A DNA stretch of 64,000 nt from an uncultured Acidimicrobiaceae bacterium (GCA_963775055.1 CAVZHK010000001.1:13402-77401); one strand, 5' to 3'. Counted from the first letter of the stretch, positions 8,733 through 17,578 are shown. Program-made: numbers and translations. The notes: a model not told the origin generated them from the sequence alone.

Positions 8733-10970
8733 AGGACGGGCGCGGCACTACAGTCAGCACCGGCTTGTCGGCGGCGCCTGGTTTGAAGGCGCGGGCGACG
8801 CGGGCGCTGCACGAGTTGATCGGCCTCGACCACGGTGGGGACCGCTACCGCTACGAACGGGACCCCGTCCGAGGGCCCGTGGCCGCCAGCCGGGTGGCGG
8901 ACAAGTGGGTCCGTACCACCTGTGGATACTGCTCGGTAGGGTGCGGGATGTTGGTGGGGGTCCGGGGCAACAAGGCGGTGGCCGTGGCAGGGGACCCCGA
9001 CCATCCGGTGAACCTGGGTCGGCTGTGCCCCAAGGGGCTTTCCGAGCATCAGATGATCGACGTGGAGGGCCGCCTTCGGACCCCGCTCATCGATGGCCAA
9101 CCGGCAACCTGGGATGACGCGCTCGACCGCATGGTCAACGGATTCCGTGAGTTGCAGGAGCTCCACGGACCGGAATCGGTGGCGGTGTTGTCAACCGGAC
9201 AGCTGGTGACCGAGGAGTTCTACACGCTCGGCAAGCTCCTACGGGTCGGTATGGACATCCGCCACTACGACGGCAACACCACCCTGTGCATGGCCAGCGC
9301 GGTGTCCGGCTACAAGCTGTCCTTCGGCGCCGACGGCCCGCCCGGCAACTACGAGGATTTCGAGTTGGCCGACGTGGTGGTGTTGTGGGGCGCCAACATC
9401 GCGGACAACCATCCCCTGTTGGCCCCCCGGGTGTTGGGTCGCCGACCGGACCAGCAGCTGGTGGTGGTGGACCCCCGGGTCACCAAGACCGCCATGCTGG
9501 CGGACCTTCACGTAGCCGTGAAACCCCGGGGCGACGTGGCCTTGCTCAACGGGGTACTGGCCACGCTGGTGCACGAGCGCCTGATCGACGTGGACGCCTT
9601 CGCGGCACCGTTGATGGCCTCGATGACCTGCTGGTGCACCTGCGGGGCTGGAGTGCGGAGATCGCCGCTGAGGAAGCCGGGGTCGACGCTGAGAGCGTTC
9701 TGAGCCTGGCCCGAACCATTGCCAACGCCGGCAGCTGCGTGTTGGCGTGGACCATGGGCGTCAACCATTCCGTACAGGGCACCGACACGGTGACGCTGCT
9801 CAACACGTTGGCCTTGCTCACCGGCAACATCGGCAAACCCGGTGCCTCGCCATTCTCGATCACTGGCCAGTGCAACGCAATGGGCACCCGCGAGACCGGC
9901 TTCACCGCATCCATGCCGGGCTACCGGGCCTATGACGATCCGGCCCATCGAGCCGAGTTGGCCGCATTGTGGGGCATTGACGAGGCCCGTCTACCCACCG
10001 AACGGGGCCGGGCCTACCCCGACATCATCAACGCCATCGTGAGCGGACGGTCAAGGCGTTGTGGGTCATCGGCACCAACCCGGTGGTGTCCTTCCCCAAC
10101 CGCCAGGTCCTGGAGCACACGTTGGGGGCGCTGGAACTGCTGGTGGTGCAGGACGGGTTCCACACCCCCACCACGGCGCTGGCCCATGTCGTGCTGCCCG
10201 CCGCCATCTGGGGCGAGAAGGATGGCACCTATACCAACAGCGAGCGGCGAGTCTCCCGGGTTCGGCCCGCGGTTGACCCCCCGGGATCTGCCCGCTCCGA
10301 TTTCGACATCTTCCTGGCGGTAGCCCGCCGGGTGGGGGTGTCCGAGGAGCTGTTTAGTGGTTGGAGCCAGCCCCGTGACGCCTTCGAGGAGTGGAGAAAG
10401 GTGTCCGCCGGTCGCCCTTGTGACTACAGCGGCATCAGCTATGAACGGATCGACGCTGCCGGTGGAGTGCAATGGCCCTGCCCGGAGGGGCCGGACGTGG
10501 CGCTGGGGGGCACGCCACGGTTGTACACCGACGGGTCCTTTCACCGTCCCGGCGGCCGGGCGATGGTAAAGGTGGTGAGTCCGCAGCCCATGCGTGACCC
10601 GCCCGGCCCGGCCTACCCGTTCATCCTCAACACCGGCCGTACCGTGGAGCATTGGCACACCCGCACCAAGACCGGGGCCATTGCCATACTGGAGGGTCTG
10701 TCACCGGAGGCATGGGTCGAGATCCATCCCGCGGACGCCGCTCGCCTGCGGTTGCGCTCCGGCGACTGGGCCAGCTGCAGCTCGGCCCGGGGGCGGATTG
10801 GCCGCATCAGGGTGCGGGTGACAGCCATCGTGCGTGAGGGCGAACTGTTCATCCCGTTCCATTGGGAGGATCGCTGCGCCAACCGCCTCACCGACGATGA
10901 GTTCGACCCCATCAGTCGGGAACCGAACTACAAGCAATGCGCGGTGCGAATCGAGGCGGCCCGCCCGTAG
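8729..10970 (+). pseudogene. molybdopterin (bis-MGD) assimilatory-type nitrate reductase catalytic subunit, with two frameshifts
   Basis: ATGA overlap with the upstream stop. N-terminal 4Fe-4S motif TTCGYCSVGCG...LCPKG, and no twin-arginine signal. The reading frame changes near 9590-9615 (LIDVDAF / GTVDGLDDLLVHLRGW) and near 10036-10050 (DIINAI / ERTVKALWVIGTNPVV). The three track ORFs 8342-9703, 9286-10323 and 10059-10970 join into one protein. Confidence 0.8.
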
Positions 10971-11050
10971 GAAGACCCGTGACCACTTGTCGGGGCACCG
11001 TTCACGCACCGGTAATGTGACGGAAACACCCCTCCCCCAGACTGGTTGCG

Positions 11051-12211
11051 ATGCCCGAAACGCCCACCGCCGCGGACCCCGAGCCTGACCACGGTCCGAC
11101 TCAGGACGCCGCCGGGGGTCCTCTGCGGGGTTTCACCGTTGGCATCACCGCTGATCGTCGATGGGATGAGCAGGCGGAGTTGCTGCGCCGACGGGGCGCC
11201 ACCGTTTTGCACGGGCCGTCCATCCGCACCCTGCCGCTGGGTCCGGGTCCCGATCTGCGACTGGTGACGGAGTCCCTCATCGCCCAGCCGCCCGAGATCC
11301 TGCTGGCCAACACCGGCATCGGCATCCGCAGCTGGTTCGCCGCCGCTGATTCGTGGGGCCTGGGCGACTCGCTGCAGCAGGCCCTGCGGGGCGCGGCGAT
11401 CTACGCCCGGGGGCCCAAGGCATCGGCCGAGGTCCACCGGGCCGGGCTCGATGTCGCCGGCCGGGCCGCCAGCGAGCGGCTGGAAGAGCTGGTGGCCATG
11501 CTTCCGATCGAACAACTGGCCGGGAAGCGAGTGGCGTTCCAACGACATGGCGATGACGCCCCGGACACCATCAACACGCTGGTGAGCGCCGGGGCGCAGA
11601 TCGTGGAAGTACCGGTTTACCGCTGGATCCTGCCGGATGACCCCAAGCCGGCGGTGCGCCTGGGCGAGGCCGTCATCACCGGTGGGGTACACGCCCTCAC
11701 GTTCACCGCGGCCCCCGCGGTCCGGAACTTCTTCGCCCTGCTGGATGAGGAGGGCCTGGGCGACGCGGTGCGCCAGCGCGCCGCTGATGACCTCGTGGTG
11801 GCCTGCGTCGGTCCGGTGTGCGCCGCCGCCGCCGAGGCCGAGGGCCTGCACAACCTGGTGATCCCAGACCGGTTCCGGCTGGGTCCACTGGTTCGGGCCC
11901 TGGGCGCTGCGCTGATCGAACGAGAGATCCACACAGCGCTGCACGGCCAGCAGATCGTGTTGCGCGGCGGCACCGTGGTGTCCGGTGACCGTCACGTCGA
12001 GCTCACCGAGCGGGAGTGCGCCCTGCTGCGGGCCCTGCTGGAGGAACCCCGGTCCGTTCATTCCAAGACGGAGCTGTTGAGCAGGGTGTGGGGTGAACGC
12101 ACCGACGATCCGCACGCAGTGGAAGTCATGGTGTCCCGCTTGCGACGCCGCCTCGGTCCAGCGGGCGCCGGGATCGTGTCCGTGGCCCGCCGCGGCTACG
12201 TGGCCCGCTGA
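11051..12211 (+). CDS. uroporphyrinogen-III synthase (HemD) domain fused to an OmpR/PhoB-type winged-helix DNA-binding domain
   Basis: The N-terminal 250 aa are HemD-like (two alpha/beta halves, ANTGIGIRSWF, ALTFTAAPAVRNF). The C-terminus reads VELTERECALLRALL...SKTELLSRVWG...DDPHAVEVMVSRLRRRLG, a trans_reg_C motif. Confidence 0.8.
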   Translation: MPETPTAADPEPDHGPTQDAAGGPLRGFTVGITADRRWDEQAELLRRRGATVLHGPSIRTLPLGPGPDLRLVTESLIAQPPEILLANTGIGIRSWFAAADSWGLGDSLQQALRGAAIYARGPKASAEVHRAGLDVAGRAASERLEELVAMLPIEQLAGKRVAFQRHGDDAPDTINTLVSAGAQIVEVPVYRWILPDDPKPAVRLGEAVITGGVHALTFTAAPAVRNFFALLDEEGLGDAVRQRAADDLVVACVGPVCAAAAEAEGLHNLVIPDRFRLGPLVRALGAALIEREIHTALHGQQIVLRGGTVVSGDRHVELTERECALLRALLEEPRSVHSKTELLSRVWGERTDDPHAVEVMVSRLRRRLGPAGAGIVSVARRGYVAR

Positions 12212-12226
12212 GCTTGGCGGCACACG

Positions 12227-13606
12227 TCAGTCCTTGATGACGGCGACCTCCTTGGCCAGAGACTTGGCGTGGTCCATGTCGTAGTGCAGCTTGGCCACGA
12301 TCTGCTGCGCGAACAATCCACCGCCGGCCTGCAACATGGTGACGTGTTGCCAGCCACCGTACGCGTCCGCGGTGTAGTCCCGGATGGCGTGGAACAACTT
12401 CATGCGATGTTCGGCGTCCACGGCCGGCCCGGTCCGGAAGTACTTGGCCACATACGCCGCGGTCTCGGGGTTGTCGAGATCAGCCAGGGTGGGGGCGGTC
12501 AGCACCGATCCGCCGGCGATGTCGTGGAGGTGGCGAACCATCTTGGAGAATTCGGCGGAGGCGTAGTACTTCGCGGCGTTGGTGAAGAGCTCGTCCGGTG
12601 AGGCGTAGCCCTCCTCGGTGAAGGTGGTGTTGGCCACCGCTGCCTCGAAGGATCCGCGGATCATGGTGGCGTACACGATCATCTCGCCGATCTTGTCCCG
12701 GATGTGACCGACCTTGGTGGTGCCGTTGGCTTCGCTGATCAGCTGCGCCAGGCCCACCAGGGTGTCGGCCACGTCCACGTACTTGCCCACCGACCCCAGC
12801 CGCTCCCACAACCCCAAGCAGTGCGCGAAGGTGGCTGAATGCTCCACTTCACCGGCCAGGAAGACGCGCTCGTTGGGCACGAACACGTTGTCGAACACCA
12901 CCATACCTTCCGTCATCACCACCTTGGAGCTGTAGGGAAAGAACCGCTCGTCGAAATCAGGCCGAGGGGTGAACGTGGCGTTGATGATGGTGATGCCGGG
13001 GGCGTTCATGGGCACGGCGGCGGCGATGGCATAATCCTCCTCGCCGGTCTTCATGCGCTTGGTGGGCATGACCAGCAGCTCGTGGGCCACCACGGCAGAG
13101 GAGATGTGCATCTTGGCGCCCGAGAGCACCACCCCGTCACTCTGGCGGTCCACGATGCGCAGGTACAGATCAGGGTCGTCCTGTTCCTTGGGGGACTTGG
13201 AACGGTCGCCCTTGGCGTCGGTGATGGTGAGCACCGCCCGCACGTCGCGGTCCCGGGCATCATCGAAGAAGGCCAGCACCCGCTCGGCGTAGTGCGGATA
13301 GCCCGACCCCATGCGGCTCGAGGCGTTCAACAACATCAACAGGCCGGTGGAGGTGGAGATGGTGGGGAAATCCCACTTCTTCTGACGCTCCTCCTGCTCC
13401 TTCAACTCCTCCGCCGATCGCGGGACGAAGTAGTAGGGACCGTGGGCACCGGGAGCGGGGTCGTAGTAGGTGTCGTAGCCGTCCGCTACCCAGTCCACCG
13501 CTTTCCGGGTGAGCGGGTCAGTGGTGACGTCCTCCACCCGGCGGCCCTGGGAGAAGATCCGCCGCCCATCGCGCAACGACGCTCTGTACTGCTCACCGGT
13601 CAACAT
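12227..13606 (-). CDS. HpaB / 4-hydroxybutyryl-CoA dehydratase family protein (probable flavin-dependent enzyme)
   Basis: 459 aa with the family-typical N-terminus MLTGEQYRASLRDGRRIF.GRRVEDVT.DP and a C-terminal ...GGG..AQ...A. It lacks the Cys-rich cluster ligands expected of true 4-hydroxybutyryl-CoA dehydratases. Confidence 0.7.
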   Translation of the reverse strand: MLTGEQYRASLRDGRRIFSQGRRVEDVTTDPLTRKAVDWVADGYDTYYDPAPGAHGPYYFVPRSAEELKEQEERQKKWDFPTISTSTGLLMLLNASSRMGSGYPHYAERVLAFFDDARDRDVRAVLTITDAKGDRSKSPKEQDDPDLYLRIVDRQSDGVVLSGAKMHISSAVVAHELLVMPTKRMKTGEEDYAIAAAVPMNAPGITIINATFTPRPDFDERFFPYSSKVVMTEGMVVFDNVFVPNERVFLAGEVEHSATFAHCLGLWERLGSVGKYVDVADTLVGLAQLISEANGTTKVGHIRDKIGEMIVYATMIRGSFEAAVANTTFTEEGYASPDELFTNAAKYYASAEFSKMVRHLHDIAGGSVLTAPTLADLDNPETAAYVAKYFRTGPAVDAEHRMKLFHAIRDYTADAYGGWQHVTMLQAGGGLFAQQIVAKLHYDMDHAKSLAKEVAVIKD

Positions 13607-14885
13607 TGCTGTGATCCCTTTCGGAATGGTTCGGTGCGGAATGGTTCGGTGCGGCTGGTTTCGTGTCCGGCCGCGGTTCCCTGGGCAACCCTAAGCCCCG
13701 TTCGGCTAGCAGGTTGCGTTGGATCTCGTCGGTCCCCCCGGCGATGCGTTGACTGTGGGCGCCGAGCACCAGGCCGGTCCAGGCGTAGCGGCCCCACTGC
13801 CCACTGTCGGCGCCGAGATCTGCCCCCAGCACCGACCCGGCGCTCTGGGCCAGTTGCCAGATGGCGTCGGAACCGCCGAGCTTGAGCAGGGACGCTCCCG
13901 CCGGGTGAGGCTGGGCCTGCAAGCGGGCCGCCCCCCAGCGACCCAACCGTTCCCGGGTCACCGCCGCGGCGGCTTGCTGACGTACCACCGGGTCTGTCGA
14001 TGCCCCGAGGTGATCGATTAACTGGAGGAAGCGGCGCACCGGGTCCAGGAACAGGCCGGCGTCGTCGTGGCTGAGATCACGCTCACTCGACAGGCTGGCA
14101 TTGGCCACCGCCCAACCCTGGCCCAGTTCCCCCAGACGGGCGTCTTCGGACACGAACACCCCGTCCAGGAACACCTCGTTGAAATGGGCGTTGCCGTTCA
14201 TCTGACGCAACGGGCGCACCGTGACCCCCGCAGCCCCCATGTCCAACAGGAACATGGTCAGGCCCCGGTGACGCAACCCGACATCTGGATCGGTACGGAC
14301 CAAAATCTCACCAACGTCCGCCAGGTGCGCGCCCGAGGACCACACCTTCTGGCCGTGCAACAACCAGCCGCCCACCGTGGGCTCGGCCCGAGTTCGAAGC
14401 GAAGCCAGATCGCTGCCGGCGTCAGGTTCGGAGAACAGCTGGCAACCGATGCCGTCGCCCCGCCACAGCGCCCGCAACCACCGCTGCTGCTGGGCCGGCT
14501 CCCCGAAAGCCAAGATGGCTGGGGCCACGATCTGCTGGCCGATCATGAACACACTGGTATCGGGGCAACGGTAGCGGCGGGCCAAGGCATTGAACGCTGT
14601 CCGGTGGGCCGCGCTCAGCCCGGCACCACCATGTCCGGTTGGCCCGGTGAGCCACGCCAAACCGGCATCGAACAGCGCCCGTTGGTAGGCGCGGGCGATG
14701 TTCAGATCCTCGGCATCGTGACGCCCCGGAGCCAGGCCCGACGCCACCACCGCGTCGCTCCCGACACCCCAGGCTCGGGCCTGCTGCTCGGCCGGAAGCG
14801 GCGTGGCGTGTTCGTCCAGAAATTGCTCGGCGCGGCGGCAGAACTGCTCGAGCTCGTCATCATCGGCTGATACCTGCGGACGCAT
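13593..14885 (-). CDS. acyl-CoA dehydrogenase family protein
   Basis: Motifs CQLFSEPDAGSDLASL, WLLHGQKVWSSGAH and IAGGTDEIQRNLLAERGLGLP. The 3' end overlaps the start of the downstream HpaB-family gene by 14 nt. Confidence 0.85.
   Translation of the reverse strand: MRPQVSADDDELEQFCRRAEQFLDEHATPLPAEQQARAWGVGSDAVVASGLAPGRHDAEDLNIARAYQRALFDAGLAWLTGPTGHGGAGLSAAHRTAFNALARRYRCPDTSVFMIGQQIVAPAILAFGEPAQQQRWLRALWRGDGIGCQLFSEPDAGSDLASLRTRAEPTVGGWLLHGQKVWSSGAHLADVGEILVRTDPDVGLRHRGLTMFLLDMGAAGVTVRPLRQMNGNAHFNEVFLDGVFVSEDARLGELGQGWAVANASLSSERDLSHDDAGLFLDPVRRFLQLIDHLGASTDPVVRQQAAAAVTRERLGRWGAARLQAQPHPAGASLLKLGGSDAIWQLAQSAGSVLGADLGADSGQWGRYAWTGLVLGAHSQRIAGGTDEIQRNLLAERGLGLPREPRPDTKPAAPNHSAPNHSERDHSNVDR
13622..13660. 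repeat. 15-bp tandem repeat (CGGAATGGTTCGGTG), about 2.6 copies
   Basis: Direct reading. It encodes PNHSAPNHSE at the C-terminal tail of the acyl-CoA dehydrogenase and sits 16 bp upstream of the HpaB-family start. Confidence 0.9.
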
Positions 14886-14933
14886 CGCACTCCCCTGGGC
14901 CGGAGCGTACCTTCCACGGGTTCTTCACGTCGG

Positions 14934-14946
14934 TAGTATGCATGTA
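14934..14946 (+). promoter_or_regulatory. candidate -10 element (TAGTAT) positioned for a leaderless transcript starting at ATG 14946
   Basis: TAGTAT at 14934-14939 lies 6 nt before the ATG. No Shine-Dalgarno is present. Confidence 0.3.
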
Positions 14947-15758
14947 TGGCAAAGCGCAAGATCACGGTGACGGTGGACGAGGAGCTGGTCGAGTCCATTC
15001 AGCAGCTCGGGGCAGGATCGCTGTCATCTGTGGTCAACGCCGCGCTCGGGGCGGAGGTGGAGCGCCGGGCGCGGGCCGCGGCGCTGGCGTGCCAGCTCAC
15101 CGAGTGGGACCGCGAGCACGGGCCAGTGAGCCCGGCCTTGTCAACGTGGGCTGAGCAGGTCTTCAATGACCTGGACGGCCTCAGCGCATCCGCCGATGAC
15201 GCTGTCCACCGCGGACAAGCTGTGGACGCCACCACCGCTCTCGAAACCACCGCTCTCGAAACCACCGCTCTCGAAACCACCGCTCTCGAAACCACCTCGG
15301 ACCCGACGCAAGGGGGCGGCATGAACGAGGCGCCGGTCATCCTGGACGCCGCTGGGCTGGACGCACTCGCAGCTGCCAGACCGCCGGAGTCGCTGCGCGC
15401 CATCTTGGCCGAGGCTCATCGACGACACCGTGAGGTGCTCGCACCCACGATCGTCTGCGCCGAGGTGGCCCGGGGGGCGAGCCGCACCCGCTCCCTCGAG
15501 GCCGCCGTGTCCCGACACGCCCCATCGCAAGGTGAGCGCCCCATTCTTCGTTTGATCGACACGAACTTCGACCTGGCACGGCGAGTGGGCGCTATCCTGC
15601 ACGGATCCGGCAGCGGTTCTGAGCGCATCGTGGACGCCCATGTGGTGGCGGTGTGCGTGCCCTACGGCGGCGGCCTGGTGCTCACCAGCGACCCAGAGGA
15701 CATCGTGGCGTTGGCCGGAGCAGTGCCGGCAGCGCGGATTCGGGTCGCCCGCCTGTAA
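14946..15758 (+). CDS. RHH-type antitoxin domain and PIN (VapC-like) toxin domain in one uninterrupted ORF
   Basis: The N-terminus MAKRKITVTVDEELVESIQQL...SVVNAAL is a ribbon-helix-helix antitoxin pattern. The C-terminal 145 aa carry PIN acidic residues (VILDAAG, CAEV, VDAHVV, TSDPED). No stop codon separates them. Confidence 0.7.
   Translation: MAKRKITVTVDEELVESIQQLGAGSLSSVVNAALGAEVERRARAAALACQLTEWDREHGPVSPALSTWAEQVFNDLDGLSASADDAVHRGQAVDATTALETTALETTALETTALETTSDPTQGGGMNEAPVILDAAGLDALAAARPPESLRAILAEAHRRHREVLAPTIVCAEVARGASRTRSLEAAVSRHAPSQGERPILRLIDTNFDLARRVGAILHGSGSGSERIVDAHVVAVCVPYGGGLVLTSDPEDIVALAGAVPAARIRVARL
15231..15296. repeat. 15-bp tandem repeat (ACCACCGCTCTCGAA), about 4.4 copies
   Basis: Perfect units encoding (TTALE)4 in the linker between the antitoxin and PIN domains. 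Confidence 0.95.
15321..15758 (+). CDS. PIN-domain toxin from an internal start (alternative product of the same ORF)
   Basis: In-frame ATG 15321 is preceded by AAGGGGG at -12 to -6, a strong SD. The product begins MNEAPVILDAAGL, the usual position of the first PIN aspartate. Confidence 0.55.
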   Translation: MNEAPVILDAAGLDALAAARPPESLRAILAEAHRRHREVLAPTIVCAEVARGASRTRSLEAAVSRHAPSQGERPILRLIDTNFDLARRVGAILHGSGSGSERIVDAHVVAVCVPYGGGLVLTSDPEDIVALAGAVPAARIRVARL

Positions 15759-15787
15759 TACGCTGAGACCGGCCATCAGGGGGTTGC

Positions 15788-16825
15788 ATGCTCGCACCAA
15801 AGGACCGCCACGGCAGCTTCTTCTTCGAGCCCCTGCCCGGCGGTGACATCCCGCCGGCGCCGGTGCCGCTCGAAGCGGAGGAGTTGGCACACCATCCCAT
15901 CGTGTTGATCCGCCAGGCGGACGCCGAAGCGGAGGTGTTCGAGGTCTCCACCCAGTTGGGCTTCCACCATCAACCCACCTGCACCACGGTGGTGGTTCCG
16001 GGGCGCGATCAGCGGCTGGCCAGTGACCTGACCTCCACCCCGGATCTGTTCACCTGGTTGATCCCCAAGACCGGCATGTACCTCCCAGCGGCGTTGGTAC
16101 ACGACGGGCTGATCTATGGCGAGCACCAACCGCCGACCTACACCGGCACCGGCCCCGTCGATCGGCAGTTGGCAGACCTCATGTTCCGCGATGCCATGGC
16201 CGTGTTGGGCGTGCGCCCGGTCCGCCGCTGGGTGATCTGGACCGCGGTGACGGTCGCCACCGCGTTCACCGGCGGGCTCACCACCACCGGGCAACTGTGG
16301 GGCAAGGGCAAGCGCACCTGGCAGGTCATCGTGTCCGCCACGTTCTTGAGCCTGATCGCGCTCGGGACACTCGCCACCGTCGACCTGTTCCTTGATCGGC
16401 CGCTCCTGCCGTGGATGCGGGTGGACCAATGGTGGCTGCAGTTGCTGAGCGGCGCCGGGGTTGCGGTTCTGGTACCCACCGTGCTGGCCCTTCTGCTGTG
16501 GCACCCGGTGCGGTCGGCGGGGGTGATCGCCGGCATCGCCCTGGCCTTGTTGTTGCACGTGACAGCGGCGCTGACCGTGCTCACGTTCGGATTCCGTCTG
16601 GCCGATGATCCCAAGGCACTGTGGCGTGACACCCGCAAGCTGCTCGGAAAGGTCTTCCACGCCGAGGGGTCACCTCCCACAGTGGGAACCGCCCCCGCCA
16701 CCACCGGCGACCCGGACCTACCAACCGGTACCGTACCTGATGGTATGACCCCCGAGGCGGGCGGCGCGCCGGGCACCGAACCCACCACGGCGAACCAACC
16801 TGAGCCGCGCTTCACCACACCCTGA
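15788..16825 (+). CDS. DUF1353-like domain protein with a C-terminal multi-pass membrane region and a Pro/Thr-rich tail
   Basis: The motif TSTPDLFTWLIP....LPAALVHDGLIYG....RQLADLMFRDAM resembles DUF1353. It is followed by about 4 hydrophobic helices. Confidence 0.5.
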   Translation: MLAPKDRHGSFFFEPLPGGDIPPAPVPLEAEELAHHPIVLIRQADAEAEVFEVSTQLGFHHQPTCTTVVVPGRDQRLASDLTSTPDLFTWLIPKTGMYLPAALVHDGLIYGEHQPPTYTGTGPVDRQLADLMFRDAMAVLGVRPVRRWVIWTAVTVATAFTGGLTTTGQLWGKGKRTWQVIVSATFLSLIALGTLATVDLFLDRPLLPWMRVDQWWLQLLSGAGVAVLVPTVLALLLWHPVRSAGVIAGIALALLLHVTAALTVLTFGFRLADDPKALWRDTRKLLGKVFHAEGSPPTVGTAPATTGDPDLPTGTVPDGMTPEAGGAPGTEPTTANQPEPRFTTP

Positions 16826-16830
16826 CGGGG

Positions 16831-17493
16831 TCACGCCAACACCACCTCGGAACCAGGCAGAGCCCGCAGGCTGATCATGGCCCGGAAACCATCGTCGGGA
16901 GGTTGGTGACTCTCGGCGCCGGCCCGGTCGCGGTAGGACAGCTCGGCCAGGCCCACCAGGTCACAGCCGGCAGCCCGCTCGACGATGTTGACCACGTAAC
17001 GGACACCGCCGCAGGCCACAAAGTGCTCACGGAAGTTGGGCACGTGCACCTCAAGCCAGTGCCGGGCGATGGCGTCGGGTTCATTGCCAGGGGCGGCAGC
17101 GATGAGAAACGTCAGCTTGAACGCCGTCTCCCGTTCAGCGGCGGTGGCCGGCGCGCCGTCCGCCCCGGGCCCGGCCACGATCACGTGTTCCGCCACCCGC
17201 AGCCAGGCATTGGGCAGCGATACCAGCTCAGACCAGCCGTCGCCCGACACCACCTGCGGAATGTTGGCGCCGGTCACACCAATGCCCCGTTCAGCGTCGT
17301 GGTAGCGCAACTCGGCCATCCCGTCATAGGGCGACCTTCCGCCTCGGGGGTTGAAGAACGTGAGCGTGTACCCATCCGGCCGCATGTGCTGCAACACGTT
17401 GTTGGCGTGGGTGCCGCGCCAGCAGGTCACCAGTTGCTCCTGGGTCACCCCTTCGCGCCGCCGGGCGATGGTGTAGGTCTTGAGCGCGGTCAT
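16831..17493 (-). CDS. EthD-like (dimeric alpha/beta barrel) domain protein, two tandem domains
   Basis: 220 aa with two repeats of the pattern ..H...V.....GY....G.AEL.Y.D. Assigned by pattern only. Confidence 0.45.
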   Translation of the reverse strand: MTALKTYTIARRREGVTQEQLVTCWRGTHANNVLQHMRPDGYTLTFFNPRGGRSPYDGMAELRYHDAERGIGVTGANIPQVVSGDGWSELVSLPNAWLRVAEHVIVAGPGADGAPATAAERETAFKLTFLIAAAPGNEPDAIARHWLEVHVPNFREHFVACGGVRYVVNIVERAAGCDLVGLAELSYRDRAGAESHQPPDDGFRAMISLRALPGSEVVLA

Positions 17494-17544
17494 GGGCCCA
17501 GCATGTCACGCACGCCACGCCACACCGCGGCCGCCGACTAGATT

Positions 17545-17560
17545 AGTTGAAGCATCAACT
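17545..17560. promoter_or_regulatory. perfect inverted repeat AGTTGA-agca-TCAACT in a divergent intergenic region
   Basis: Direct reading. It lies 19 bp upstream of ATG 17579 and overlaps the likely promoter region. Confidence 0.3.
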
Positions 17561-17578
17561 TCCTGAGAGGTGGACACC

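Noticed and set aside
10928-12223. 431-aa minus-strand ORF opposite the HemD-OmpR gene
   Set aside because: Antisense shadow. The plus-strand product has clear HemD and wHTH motifs.
2825-15296. Possibility that the short tandem repeats are CRISPR arrays
   Set aside because: The units are directly adjacent with no unique spacers, are only 7-15 bp long, and no cas genes are present.
15776-16660. 294-aa minus-strand ORF opposite the DUF1353 membrane protein gene
   Set aside because: Shadow ORF with no motifs. The plus-strand ORF has a domain motif and TM helices.
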